Of a stretch of 64,000 nt of DNA, positions 23,942-37,800 are shown one piece after another. The notes under the pieces were generated by a model. That model ran no database searches and was not told the origin of the DNA. It saw nothing but the letters and a program-made list of their open reading frames with translations. The translations under genes were made by a program, and so were the position numbers. Position 1 is the stretch's first letter. Every line of letters starts with the position of its first letter. Origin of the DNA: Eledone cirrhosa (taxonomy: Eukaryota); the NCBI GenBank assembly GCA_964016885.1, contig OZ024742.1, positions 192,820,001 through 192,884,000 on the forward strand, read 5' to 3'.

Positions 23942-26900
23942 GTTTATTTTCTTTCATTATTGTTTCTGAGATATATGCCGAATGTCTTCCTGCCACCTAG
24001 GGCAAATAAATTCACAGTGTGCATGGTAAGCCAGTTAATACAGCACATTGATTATAATGAAAAAAAAAACAGTACACATATATATACATGAGCATATGCA
24101 TATGTAAATACAAGGAGGGATATCAATCTTAAAGAGATAGTGCTCTTCTCAATACGTGTGCAGTACCAGTCAGGACAATTTTTTGCACCTCGTGCAGAGA
24201 GGTTAAACCAGGAATCATTCGCAAATATTGTTCTGTTCCTTTCTTGATCATTCCCAGTCCTTCCACAATCACTGGTATTGTAACGGCCTTGATGTGCCAC
24301 ATTTTATGTTGATCTTTTATAATGATATCAGGTCTATTTGCTTTTATGGTCCTATCAGTATGTACAGGAAAGTCCCCGAGAATTGTTACTTCTTCTCCTT
24401 CAGTTACAGGCTCAGGGTGATGATTGTACCACTTGTCTTCAGCTTTGATTTTGTAATGCCGACATATTACCCAGTGTAGATATTGGCCAATTCTCTCATG
24501 TCTATATTTGTATTCTACTGGTGCTAAAACTTTACATCCAGAGACTAAGTGATCGCCTGTTTCAACCTCAGCATTGCAGAATCGGCACTTTGGGTTTATT
24601 CCCTTTCTCATCACCTTGGCCTCTAAATTACGAGTCAATAAGCTTTGATCTTGGGCAGCTAAGATGAAGCCTTCACTCTCCGCCTTTAGCCCTGAACTAC
24701 GTAGCCACTGATGGGTGTGCTTTTGGTCAACATCAGCTTGTTTGCTACGAACCACATATTTGCTATGCAGATGTTTCTGTTCCCAGTTTGATGCTAATTG
24801 TCCTTTCCCTTTTGCTTTTGCCAGTGATTTTATGTGCCTATCAGCATCAGTTGCAACATTTTCTTTAGTCTGTCCAGCCTGGGTATCAAGCATGAGATCA
24901 GTAGCATATTTTATGCTCTCCTTCAAGATAGAATGAAGCTTCTTACTTCTCTCATGCTTTTCAACAAGTTTCAGCATACAGTCGTTAGTTGTTTCAAGGT
25001 ATTTGGCCAGTCCAATGATGGTGGTTTTGTAAGCAAGTTCAAATTGGATCATGCCACGGCCTCCTTGAGTTTTAGGAAGATAAACACTATCCACATCTGC
25101 ATTTTGGTGGTGCATCCTATTACAGGTCAGTAGCTTACGGACTTTGGTGTCGATTCTTTTGATTTCACTCATATTCCAGTTCAACACACCGAAGCTATAA
25201 GTGACAACTGTGACTGCCTAGGAATTTATGGCTAGCACCTTGTTATGAGCGTTTAGTTCTGATCTCAGAACTGCACGTACTCTCCTGTAACATTCTTTCG
25301 TTATCTTCTCGTTCATAGTTGCATGCTGTATGCCAGAGCCCTCATTAATCCCTAAGTATTTATAGGTTTGTTCCTGCTCAAGTTCCTTTATGATTGTTTC
25401 AGCAACCAACTCAACTGAGTCTGAGTTGACAAGCTTTCCCTTCTTGAAAGTGGCTTTTGCACACTTGTCAAGTCCAAACTCCATCCTGATGTCATCGCTA
25501 AACGTTTTTACTGTCCGCAAAAGGCTTTCCAGTTCGTCACTATCTTTGCAATATAGCTTCAAATAATCCATATAAAATAGGTGGCTTATTCTTTTGTTGT
25601 CAATTCTATAACCGTACCCTGTTCAATTAAGTTTGGATGTAAATGGTATTAAAGCTATGCAGAAAAGCAAGGGTGAAAGTGAGTCACCCTGGAATATACC
25701 ACAGTTGATGTTTATATTCCTAGAGCACAGTACCCCAGTGGAATGAGACAATTGGAGATTTGTGTTCTATAATGACATATTGTGCCTCAGGAAGTTTGAG
25801 ATCACAGGTGAGATTTTGAAGATGTCCAGTGATTTCAGAATCCATGAGTGTAGTATGCTGTCAAAGGCTTTTTTATAATCGATCCATGCAGAACTGAGAT
25901 TTCTGTCTTTATTATGACAGTTCTCAAGGATCATACGATTAATCAAAAGTTGATCTTTGCAACCATATGAACCTCGTCAGCACTCTTTTTGTTCAATGGG
26001 GAAAAGATTATTCTCCTCCCAAAACACGTATGCCTTTTCCATGAGAATAGAGGTTAATAGTTTATAAGTGGTGGACAAGCATGTTATGGGCCGATAGTTT
26101 TTTTTGATCTTTGATTTCGTTGTTCTTTGGTAGAAGATAGATAATGCCACTTGCTTTCCAATCAGGTGTATTTTTTGGATCTTTCATAATTCCATTAAAC
26201 AGCTTGACCAATATATTGTGAGTGAGGAAAGCCAGAAATTTGGCACCCTGTCTCTACCAGGAGATTTCCATTTATGATATTCATTGAGTGCTGTCCTTAA
26301 GTCCACTATAGATATGTCTTCCCACGCCTGTTCTTCTAAATTTGTGTAGGATTTTTTTCAGGCGACTAATACAATCTACATTAGCATTATATGTCTTCTC
26401 ATCACCCCAAATCTTACTCCAGAAGTTTTCAACTTCTTCTATAATTTTCTTTTCTTCCCTATTTCTCTATAAAATGACTTGGAATTGGATGAGAACAACT
26501 TATTTTGCCTGTAGAAGTTGTTTCGCTTCTCGAATCTATGAATTCGTTGGGCTTTTACTTGGACTTTTTGTTTCAAAGATTCTTTGGTTGAAACTATTGC
26601 TTCTCTAGAAGACAGTCCATATTTTCTCTTTAGCTTTCTTACCTTCTTGGATCTTATATCATTTCCAGCGGTTAACTCACTCAATAAAGATATTTCTCCT
26701 CTCATTACGTCAATCTCCCTTTCGATACTACTCATCCAAATTGGTTTACCTCGAAGGTTCGACTTTTTTTGTTTTTTTGGTAGTAAACAAGGTGTTTCAA
26801 TTACTCTAGAAGATGCATAAATGATTTCATTTAACTCAGTAAGATCAGGTTCTAGTTCTTCTATGATTTCTTTTGTCACAGAATTACCAATCATTATTGC

Positions 26901-27820
26901 GGTGGATTGGCAGTATCGGTAGAGGGTCGGACGCCATGCTTTGATGCATAGAGTTACCTCCCTTTATCTTCTGAGTTCAAATCCCGCCGAGGTTAACTTT
27001 GCCTTTCATCCATACGGGGTCGATAAAATAAAGTACCAGTAATGCACTGGTTAATTGCTGGCCTTGTGCCAAAAGTAGAAACAATTATTTGTTTTCTATT
27101 TTGGATTGTATTTGGGAGTTTTTGAAGTGGTTCTCTATCATTTATATTAGAATGTCTTACTACTGTAAGCTCATTCAGTATTTTTTGCTTTAATTCCTTC
27201 ATAGTCTCTTTGTATTCTTCCGTAGATGTTTGGTTTTCAATTACTGTTTCTAAGTCCCTCTCCTGGCTATTTTCAGCGGGTTCAATAGGGCTTCTCATTT
27301 CTATAAACCTATTTCTGATTTGGTCAGATGGAGGTCTTTCAGTAAAGACTTGTGACTGGTTACTATCTCCAGGAGATTCTTCAGTTCTTTCATCACTTAT
27401 ATTTATGTCATTCTCGACAGCCTGCTTGATCACAGTCAGTTCAGTGTCTGCGAGTCTATTTCTGAAGATATACCTCCTTACATTTGCCAACTTATTTACA
27501 TCCATATCACGTCTGCTAGCTTGATTCCGAGTTTTCCAGATTTTCTAGGAGTTTAAAGTGTGTCTGTCTTATGATGGCTTACCTAATGCATAGTAATATG
27601 CATATATTACTTCTTGATACTCTTCTCGGGTCCATTTCATCCTTTTAGGTTTTTCTTTTTGAGGTGGTTTGGGTGGTGGATCTGGAGGGCTCGAGTTGAG
27701 GCAATCCCCGATCAAGTGACCATCCAGGTCCATAATTTGAGAAGAGTTTGTACCAGAGGAGGACTTTTCGATCTCAGGTTGGCACCTACCCGAGGCACGC
27801 GCTTCCTGATTAACCATAGG
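23942..27820 (-). mobile_element. Older Dong/R4-clade non-LTR retrotransposon (RT + CCHC + REL endonuclease), decayed
   Basis: Fragmented ORFs 27569-27817, 26993-27505, 26439-26894, 25218-25571, 24129-25187; GIFQGDSLSP, CRFC..ETGDHLVSGC, RPDI; 3' end at (TAA)n; SINE inserted. Confidence 0.9.
26899..27087 (+). mobile_element. SINE inserted in the old Dong/R4 element
   Basis: Full-length family consensus interrupting the ORF. Confidence 0.9.
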
Positions 27821-28404
27821 AAAAGTGATTTGGTATTATGTATTAATTTTTATTTGTTCATCTCGCAGTACATGCTTGCGTTACGCATGGTATTGGACGT
27901 AGATGGAAAGTTGCTCGGCTCTTTGGGTAGTGCATTTGATGGCTGGCACTGAGATCATAATTACTATTATAACAGTATAGTTATGGTCATTGCTGTTGTT
28001 GATTGAGGTTATATTGTTATGGTTGCAGCTGTAAGAGGTGTACGAGAATTTTCTCAAATGTTCTTGTGGTGTGAGTGGTGTTGGTGGTGGTGGCAGGGAG
28101 ATTAATGCTGGGGGTGGTAGTGGGTAGGGTGACATTGTAGCTTATAGGAGTTGCTTCTCCGATGTTATTTTCTGTCTATTTTGAGTTTGAGGTGTAAATA
28201 GCGTGCTAGTATTATTTTTTTCTTCCCCTTTGTTTTTTCCTTTATGTGGGCTCCATACACATACATAAATATACATTCACACGTGCATACTTATACACAC
28301 GTATGTATATACACACATATATATATACCCACACATTAGACACTGAGAAGGGAGGTAGGTAGCAGTCAGTGACAGGAGCCTAAAAATAGATTGGGGATTT
28401 ACTG

Positions 28405-29927
28405 GTGTGATGTACTTATATTGACAGAATCTTCCTTAGTATATGGGCAGTTCCCATTAGTACTATCTTTTGTATTTCTCCATTACGCGGGTTTCCTGGG
28501 ATTTGCGATAAGTAATCATTAGACCCCTTAGGTATGATTCCCAGAGCGCCTACAACCACTGGTATTGTTTTAGTTCTCAATTTCCACATTTTTCCAATTT
28601 CTATCTCCAGGTCCTTATACTTGCTCAATTTTTCAAATGTTTTTATAGATACATTCTTGTCTATTGGAACAGACATATCAATTAGCAGGCATACCCTCTT
28701 TTTGAAGTCCTTCAATATTATATCAGGTCTATTTGCATCTATTTTTCGGTCTGTTTGGATGCTAAAGTTCCACAAGATTGAGATGTGATCTTTTTCAAGT
28801 ATGGGAGGTGGTTGATGCTCCCACCAATTCTTTTGATGGGGCAGGTCAAAATGCTTACACATTATCCAATGTATGTATTGTGCAGCTCTGTCATGCCTGT
28901 TTAGGTATTCGGTTGGAGCTATAGGACTGCACATTGAAATTATATGATCAATGATCTCTGGTTGTTTTTTGCATACACGGCATAATGGGCTGCATCCATT
29001 TTTTATTATGTTGGCTTGGTAATTTTTTGTTGGCAGACACTGATCTTGTGCTGATATAATCAGTCCTTCACTCTCCGATTTCAGTCCAGATGATGCCAAC
29101 CACTGATGGGTTAAAGTTTTGTCAACATCAGGATTGTTAGCTCGCTCTGGGTATTTTCCATACTGAGGCTTTTCTTGCCATTTCTTAGCCAGTTTCTGTT
29201 GCAGTTCTTTCTTTGCAGTTACTTTTACCTGCTTTGCTTTTTCTGTGTTTTCCATTTCAGCAGTAAATGGGACTTCTGAAATTTGTAGTCCATTACTGTA
29301 TCTTTGTGCATGTTTTGTAATGGAATATGATCGTTTTATGCTTTCGTGTTTCAAAACGAGTTTGATCATCCAATCATGTGATTCCCTTAGATATGTAGAT
29401 AATCCAATTGTTGCAGTTTTCAACGCAATGTCTAACTGGATTAACCCACGTCCTCCTTCTTTCCTAGCGAGATATATTCTATCTATATCCGCCTTAGGGT
29501 GATGCATTCTGTGCATGGTTAAAAGTTTTCGAATTTTTGTATCGAGCCTACGGATCTCTGTTGATGACATTGTAATTGTAGGTTACTACTGGTATGGCAA
29601 GCGTGTTTATGGCATCGATCCTATTCCTTGCATTCAATTCCGTTCTTAAGATTGCTCTTACTCTGCAGTAACATTCCTTCCTTATCCTTTCCCTCATTGT
29701 CGAGTGCTTGATTCCGTCTCCTTCACAAACACCTAGATATTTGTAAGTTTTTTCTTGATCAAGTTCTCTTATCACGTTCCCCCGATCAAGATTAATGTCT
29801 GAACTCTTCAGCAGCTTTTCCTCTGGTGAACGTTGCTTTGGCGCATTTGTCTAGTCCAAACTCCATTTTAATGTCATCACTGAACTGCTCCACAGTGGAT
29901 AATAGCCCTTGCAATTGTTCATCATTT

Positions 29928-29930
<3 letters not shown>
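28405..29930 (-). mobile_element. Truncated copy of the young Dong/R4 family
   Basis: Near-identical to ~30095-31630; ORF 28416-29570 with CCHC and REL; 5' junction abuts the (TAA)n tail of the full copy. Confidence 0.92.
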
Positions 29931-29963
<33 letters not shown>

Positions 29964-30103
29964 TGCATTTATCTTGCTTTATGTTTATACGAGTTATCAC
30001 CAAGTCACAACCAGTGACCTCAAGAGACAACAAGGTCCGCCATGTTCAAGAAAGAACACACATATTCACACAGTCATCCTTAGTGTTTAGACTTGTGATG
30101 TAC

Positions 30104-33100
30104 TTATATTGACAGGATCTTCCTTAGTATATTTGCAGTTCCCATTAGTACTATCTTTTGTATTTCTCCTATACGCGGGTTTCCTGGGATTTGCGATAAG
30201 TAGTCGTTAGACCCCTTAGGTATGATTCCCAGAGCGCCTACAACCACTGGTATTGTTTTAGTTCTCAATTTCCACATTTTTCCAATTTCTATCTCCAGGT
30301 CCTTATACTTGCTCAATTTTTCAAATGTTTTTATAGATACATTCTTGTCTATTGGAACAGACATATCAATTAGCAGGCATACCCTCCTTTGAAAGTCCTT
30401 CAATATTATATCAGGTCTATTTGCATCTATTTTTCGGTCTGTTTGGATGCTAAAGTTCCACAAGATTGAGATGTGATCTTTTTCAAGTATGGGAAGTGGT
30501 TGATGCTCCCACCAATTCTTTTGATGGGGCAGGTCAAAATGCTTACACATTATCCAATGTATGTATTGTGCAGCTCTGTCATGCCTGTTTAGGTATTCGG
30601 TTGGAGCTATAGGACTGCACATTGAAATTATATGGTCAATGGTCTCTGGTTGTTTTTTGCATACACGGCATAATGGGCTGCACCCATTTTTTATTATGTT
30701 GGCTTGGTAATTTTTTGTTGGCAGACACTGATCTTGTGCGGAGATAATCAGTCCTTCAGTCTCCGATTTCAGTCCAGAGGATGCCAACCACTGATGGGTT
30801 AAAGTTTTGTCAACATCAGGATTGTTAGCTCGCTCTGGGTATTTTCCATACAGAGGCTTTTCTTGCCATTTCTTAGCCAGTTTCTGTAGCAGTTCTTTCT
30901 TTGCAGTTACTTTTACCTGCTTTGCTTTTTCTGTGTTTTCCATTTCAGCAGTAAATGGGACTTCTGAAATTTGTAGTCCATTACTGTATCTTTGTGCATC
31001 TTTTGTAATGGAATATGATCTTTTGGTGCTTTCGTGTTACAAAACGAGTTTGATCATCCAATCATGTGATTCCCTTAGATATGTGGATAATCCAATTGTT
31101 GCAGTTTTCAACGCAATGTCTAACTGGATTAACCCACGTCCTCCTTCTTTCCTAGGGAGATATATTCTATCTATGTCTGCCTTAGGGTGATGCATTCTGT
31201 GCATGGTTAAGAATTTTCGGATTTTTGTATCGAGCCTACGGATCTCTGTGCTTGACCAGTTGATGACATTGTAACTGTAGGTTACTACTGGTATGGCAAG
31301 CGTGTTTATGGCATCGATCCTATTCCTTGCATTCAATTCCGTTCTTAAGATTGCTCTGACTCTGCGGTAACATTCCTTCCTTATCCTTTCCCTCATTGTC
31401 GAGTGCTTGATTCCGTCTCCTTCACAAACACCTAGATATTTGTAAGTTTGTTCTTGATCAAGCTCTCTTATCACGTTCCCCCGATCAAGATTAATGTCTG
31501 AACTCTTCAGCAGCTTTCCTCTGGTGAACGTTGCTTTGGCGCATTTATCCAGTCCAAACTCCATTTTAATGTCATCACTGAACTGCTTCACAGTGGATAA
31601 TAGCCCTTGCAATTGTTCATCATTTTTTGCGAATAGTTTCAGGTCATCCATGTAGAACAGGTGATTAATGGTTTTGTCATAGACTCTATATCCATGTTTT
31701 GTTTCATTGAGCATTTTACTTAATGGTATAAGTGCGATGCAGAATAAAAGCGGTGATAAAGAGTCACCCTGAAAAATTCCACAATTAATGTTAACTTCTC
31801 CAGCTTCCAGTGATTTTGTTTCACTATTCAAAAGGAGTGTCGTTCTCCATGTCCTCATACTGAATGACAAAAACCTCCTGACAACGGGGGATATTTTGAA
31901 AATCTCTAAACATTTTTCAATCCAACTGTGTGGCAAACTATCAAATGCTTTTTTATAATCTATCCAAGCAATCGATAGATTTTTGTGTCTATTATGACAA
32001 TCTTCCAGTATCATTTTGTTAACCAGAAGCTGATCCTTACAGCCATATGAGCCTCGTTTACACCCTTTCTGCTCAATGGGAAATAGGTCATTTGTTATCA
32101 GGTGGTCATATGTGTATTCAGTTAGGACTGATGTTAAAATTTTATACATTGTGGTCAAGCAGGTTATCGGTCTGTAATTTTTGGGATTGTTTGTCTCATC
32201 ATTCTTCGGTAGCAGGAATGTAATGCCGTTAACTAGCCATGATGGTATCTTTTCTGGCTCCTTAACTATTTCATTGTAAAGTTGGGCCAACAGCTCATGA
32301 GACTCTGTGAAGGCATTTATCCAAAAGTTTTGTATTTTGTCTTTTCCTGGGGATTTCCATTTGCTGGTTTTTCTTAGAGCCAAGCGCAGCTGTTCAACTG
32401 TTATATTTTCCCATGTTTGTTCTTCAAGGTGAGCTGTTTCTTTCATTTGTCTGTCTATCCATGGGGCATGTATGTTATGAACTTTTTCTTCGGCCCAGAT
32501 CTTTTCCCAGAATTCTTGCACTTCCTCCTTGGGTGGTATTGATTTAGCAGTTATTGTTGACTTACCAATTTTTCTGTAGAAGTTTCTTTGGTTGTTTTTG
32601 AACATATTATTGTCCTTATAGAATCTAGATCGTTTTTCAAAGCGCCTTATACGAGCAGCTTTGGCCGACACTTTTTGCTTGATTGTTTCTATCAGCATGT
32701 CTATGTCACATGTTGATCTTATACTGTACTTTTTTTTCAATTTTCTAAGTTTAGTTTGTTTAACATGTTCACCTACTTTATAGTTTGTTAAAATTTCTAT
32801 GTCAGATCGGAGAAGGTTTATTTGGCGATTGATGTTATCTTGCCAAGTAGATTTCTTGTGGGAATTCCTTTGTTTTTTCATCTTCACTCCACATAAGTGA
32901 GTGGTGACTTTAGCCGATGCATAATAGAGATGATTTAAGTCAGTAATGTTTATTTTGTTTGTGATGATAATGTTTTTGAGAATTATGTTAGTCTTGTGTA
33001 TTATCTTTTGGTTCTGTTTGGAGTTCTGGATCTTAGGGAGGGTGTCTCGTTCCCCCATGTCAGTTTCTTTCATTTTCATCCATTCGATCATAATTTCATC

Positions 33101-33754
33101 CTTCAAGTTGGCAAGTTCATTCTCATTCATTTCTTTATCATTTACGATCTCATTATTTTCATTTGGAGTTTCATCCTGAGCATGCACTCCCTCCACTTTT
33201 TCGCTCCTTTCTTTAATTTGTTCTGTTGCCAGTGATTCCGCCCCAACTCTGGGATTCGAAGTGTTACAGTTTACCTCGTTTTCACTGACACGTGCTTCAT
33301 TTTCCCTTCGCTGACTTTGTGCTACTAGCTTGATCTGATCAATTTCTATATCAGTTAGTAACTTTTTTCTTACAATATTTCTTCGTATATTGGCTAGTTT
33401 GTTACTGTCAATATAGCCTCTGTTTTCGGGATGTTTCTTTTTCCAGTTGATATATGTTTGCTCTGTATTCGATGTATTTGATGGGTAGTACATGGCAGTA
33501 TAGAAAGCCTCAAGGACTTCTTTATTATCTTCCCTTGACCATTTTTCTCTCTTTTTCTTTGGATTTCTTGGTGGTGAGCATGGAGGGCCAACAGTAGGAG
33601 TATTCCGGTTATGGGAGGTCTCCAGCTCCGAAGTGATGGGAAGGTTTGAACCATTAGCTGATTTTTCGACCCCAGTCTGGTTCCTCTCTGAGGGACGCGG
33701 CCCTTTTTTACCCGGGTGACGGCCGATCCGGTATGAGATTTCATCATTAGACAT
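30104..33754 (-). pseudogene. Dong/R4 ORF (RT-CCHC-REL) broken by one nonsense codon at 31037-31039
   Basis: KSPGKD, NYRPITCL, DYKKAFDS, GIFQGDSLSP, FYMDD; CRVC..HIISMC; RPDII..D..K..KY; sister copies have AAA (Lys) where this copy has TAA. Confidence 0.92.
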
Positions 33755-33819
33755 CTACTTTATTTTGTCGCGTTTTATCCTTATCCGCCAAGGGGTAATC
33801 TTTTCGTGTTACCACTTCT

Positions 33820-33908
33820 AGAACGAGTGTCAACCAAGACTAGAGGGGTCGTTCTCCCCTAGAGACATGGCTATTCCCCGCCGGCCGCCATCCCGGTATT
33901 TCTTGGTC
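33820..33908 (-). ncRNA. Candidate HDV-like pseudoknot in the LINE 5' UTR
   Basis: P1 gaccaa/ttggtt (G-U first pair), P2 agaac/gttct, P3 gac/gtc, L3 ccctcta; P4 and canonical J4/2 not evident. Confidence 0.35.
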
Positions 33909-34818
33909 ACGGGGTTTTATTTTTTTTTTTTTTTTTTAAATTGTTATTATCATGAGTGGTTCCTTAATGTGAGCATTGCGTGGCTTAAGAATGAAATTAT
34001 TAATAATTGTCTCCACTCCAGGGACAAGGCCAGCAATCACCCAGTGCATTACAATAATATAATATACTTTTTGTTGTAGTTGGCTGTTATTGCTGCTGGC
34101 TATGTCGGTGGTGGTGCCGGGGCTTTTTATATTGTTGGTGAGGAAGGGGTGAGCCAGCAGTCCCATAATTGTTGATGTAGACGTTTGTCCGTGGCAAGGT
34201 CACCAAGTCAATCTATTTATATCTTTTGCTAGCCTCTCTCTTGTCTAGTGCTACCACCACCTTCCCTTTTCTCTCTCAAGTTAACAGGGGAATAGTGTCA
34301 GTAGCATTGAATGAGTGGTGGCGGCGATGATGGATGTGGTGGAATGGTGGCAGCGGTGGTGTTGTGGTTACTGATATAGTATCTATGAGTTTGTGTTCGT
34401 ATGTTTAATATATATTTTCATTATATTTTGTGTTGACATATTCCCGTAAAATTTGAATTAAACATTTTTTTAAATTTGAGACAATAATAATAGTAATTAT
34501 TATTATGATGCCGGTGAAGTTGCCGTTATATTTAGTGTGATGGGATAGGTAGTGTATCAAGTTTCTGGTGTTGGTGAAATTGAAATTGCCGCTGTTCTAT
34601 ATAGTGTAGACAGAGGGTGTTTTGTTCCATTTATAACCATTTTCTTTTTTTGAATACAAAATATATAATACAAAATTGAATATTTGAGCGATACAACAAT
34701 ATAATATGGATACACCAATATAATATGGATCCGAAACTTTATGGGACCTCATTCGGTGCCTTTATGCAACATTTGTGCTAAGAATTGTTCTTTCACAATT
34801 GATTTAAATATGTTAAAA

Positions 34819-34869
<51 letters not shown>

Positions 34870-37800
34870 GGCGACCTACGTAGGAAATCGTATCCTCGTA
34901 AGCTCCGCAAAGGTTTGTTGTTTTCGTTTGTTTAAAATTGCCATTTATGGAAAATTGTTGTTGTTAAATGTTTATAAGGTCACAAAATTTGCTTTCGGAA
35001 AAGGACACTCAAAAAGATTGGGGCCTTGAGCCCAAAATTTAAACTTTTATATCAAACAAAAAATTTCTTTGAAAAAATCATGGACGACTGACAGCCACAC
35101 CTCCCTCACAATCTAACACCTCAAACCGACACCACCATTGTAAATATTACTACGTTTGCCAACACAAAAAATATACGCAGTAGCAATAATTTAAATTTGT
35201 CTCTGCAGACATTCATTTCCCGCCATTACCAATGACTGCAGGTGTTGAATCCGCCACCCCACCCCCACCACAGCGACAACAGAAACAAAAGAAAAAAATA
35301 AATTAATATCTCGTGACATCGAAATCGACTATTCCACACAGAACACCACTGACGCCACTATCACCACAACTGAAACTAAAAATAACAATAACAAAAATAA
35401 CAATAACAACAGCAACAACAACAATGAGAATAACAACACCGTGTCGTTTGCCAAATCAGCCCAAAAATGCGAAACAATCCAGGTAACTCAGGAGGAATTG
35501 GATGAAACCAAGAGAATGGTAACGAAAGATGGGTACAGGGTCAGTCTCACCCCCACCCCCACACACACCTAATAAAATGGAGCATCGGCGCCTATGCACC
35601 GTGTCTTATCGGACGATTGACATAAAATCGCGCCGAGTGGAACGGGCATCCGAGTCCCAAATCCAAAAAGCGTTGGGACATGTGTGGGCAAAAAACCCCC
35701 ACATCAGACGTGGGCAGAAATATGGAACCGTGGACGTGCTCTTTGGAACACCAGAGGAGGCCAGAGAGCACTCCATGTCCCCATTAACAAGCGATGACTT
35801 CACACTCGTCCCAAGCTATTGTAGCCAGAGACTCATAAAGATCAGGGTGACCCAAGTTCCACGGGCCATCGAAATTCCCTGGCTAATGGCTGCCGTCCTC
35901 GCCGGCATTGAGGCCAACACCAAAATAATAGAAATAGCGAAAGGAAAGCAGGAGAACTGGTCCGGATCTGGGATGGAGCTCCTGATCCAAGCGGACCAAA
36001 AAAGCATTGAGAAGATCCCAGAGATAATAGACCTCACTGACGGCAGCCACCTCACCGTAATCGTCGAGGGTAGAAGGCCTAGGTGTGTCGTTTGTGGTGA
36101 AGGAATCCACGTAAGGGCTTTCTACCATCAGGCTAAAATGTTGAGGCCACCTCGCTTACCCACCCCAGTGACTCAACCATCAACGCCACCAGCAGCAGAA
36201 ATGGCAGCAACAACTGGAGCAGAAACAACAGAAGCAACTGTAGCAGCAACAACCCCAGCAATAGTAGCAAAACCAACACCACCAACACCCAAAGCGCCAG
36301 AACTAGCACCAGCGCCTACACCATCCACCACGCCACAAACAAAACCAACGCCTGTGGAGGATTTTCCACTCCCCGACCTATCGCAACTGGAGACAGATTG
36401 TGACGACGAGGAGTGGGAAACGGTATCAGGAAAAAAGAAAAAAAGGAAAAGAAGCCAAAAAAGAAAATATCCTCTTCCTTCCCCCTCCAAAAACAAAATA
36501 CAGAGGGAAACAAATAAACTATCAAACAAAAGAGTTAGGACAGCTATGCCACCATCCACACCAGCATCACCAAGCCCATCACCACAAACACCAACACCAT
36601 CACCATCATTAACCCCCAAACCACCATTACAAACACCACAAAAGTCACCAAAAAGGGAAACAGAAACAAACCCACAACAAACGCAAAAAAAAACAAACAA
36701 CCAACACGATACACACTACACAGCATTAAATTCGGTGGATTGGCAGTATCGGTAGAGGGTCGGACGCCATGCTTTCCAGCATAGTTACGTCCCTTTATAA
36801 TCTGAGTTCAAATCCCGCCGAGGTTGAATTTGCCTTTCATCCTTACGGGGTCGATAAAATAAAGTACCAGTAATGCACTGGGTAATTGCTGGCCTTGTGC
36901 CTAAAGTAGAAACAATTAAATTTGAACAACAACCAATTATTACACTACATCCAACACAACACCAGCATCACAGAAAAAGGCTACACAACACCTCAAAAGG
37001 TCACACCACCTTCACACATAGAAATCATTCGCATCACACAGAAAACGTACATTACACTAAAACAAAAATTCCCCAAAGACATCGGAGACTCCCGACAAAC
37101 ACTCTCGAGGAGGATTTATAAGGACATCCTTCCGGAGCAGGCCACAAGCAGTGAAAAGGATGGACAAACCATCCTTTCTCTACGAGAAGTAAGGTAAGTG
37201 GTCTTTACCATCTTTTCCACTCCATTTCAACATGATCTCACTCAGAATAGGCAGCATAAATGCGCGTGGCTTGGGGTCGTCATAGAAGCAGGGCCACCTG
37301 CTCAACGACCTCAGTTCACTAAACATAGATTTAGTGGCCATCAGCGAGACCAGAATCTCCGAAGCACGGGCTTCGCACCGATCTTCGGCGGCTACGATGT
37401 GTACGCATCTCCCAGCCGTCCTGGATCGGGGAGGGGTGGGGGAGTAGTGGTGCATTTTCTGAGAGGTTTGGATCACGCCATACGGGCCATCTTCCTGGAC
37501 CCAGAGGGTAAGTTGGTGGTGCGGGATGTGACCAGCGGAGACGGGCAAGCTTTCAGGCTAATGGCCGTCTATGCCCTGACAGGAGCAGGGTGGCCTGATT
37601 TCTTCCTGCGTCTGGAGACCTTTCTTGGAACGTCCGCTCTTTAGTGTTAGTGGGCAACTGGAACGGGATCTTAGACGCACGCTGGCACTGTGTGAAATTA
37701 GCGGATAGGGAAGGAGGGTGCAAGAGCCTCACCAACCTGCTCAGGCGTTTTGAACTGCCTGACAGGTACCGATTGGATTTCCCCAATGTGCCAATGTGGA

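Larger units (their letters stand above)
29961..33917 (-). mobile_element. Near full-length young Dong/R4-clade LINE
   Basis: GC-rich 5' UTR, single long ORF, 3' UTR ending in (TAA)n. Confidence 0.93.

Noticed and set aside
27830-28400. Pro/Thr-rich minus-strand stretch (similar at 33920-34800) as possible LINE ORF1 remnants
   Set aside because: Low complexity with no diagnostic motif
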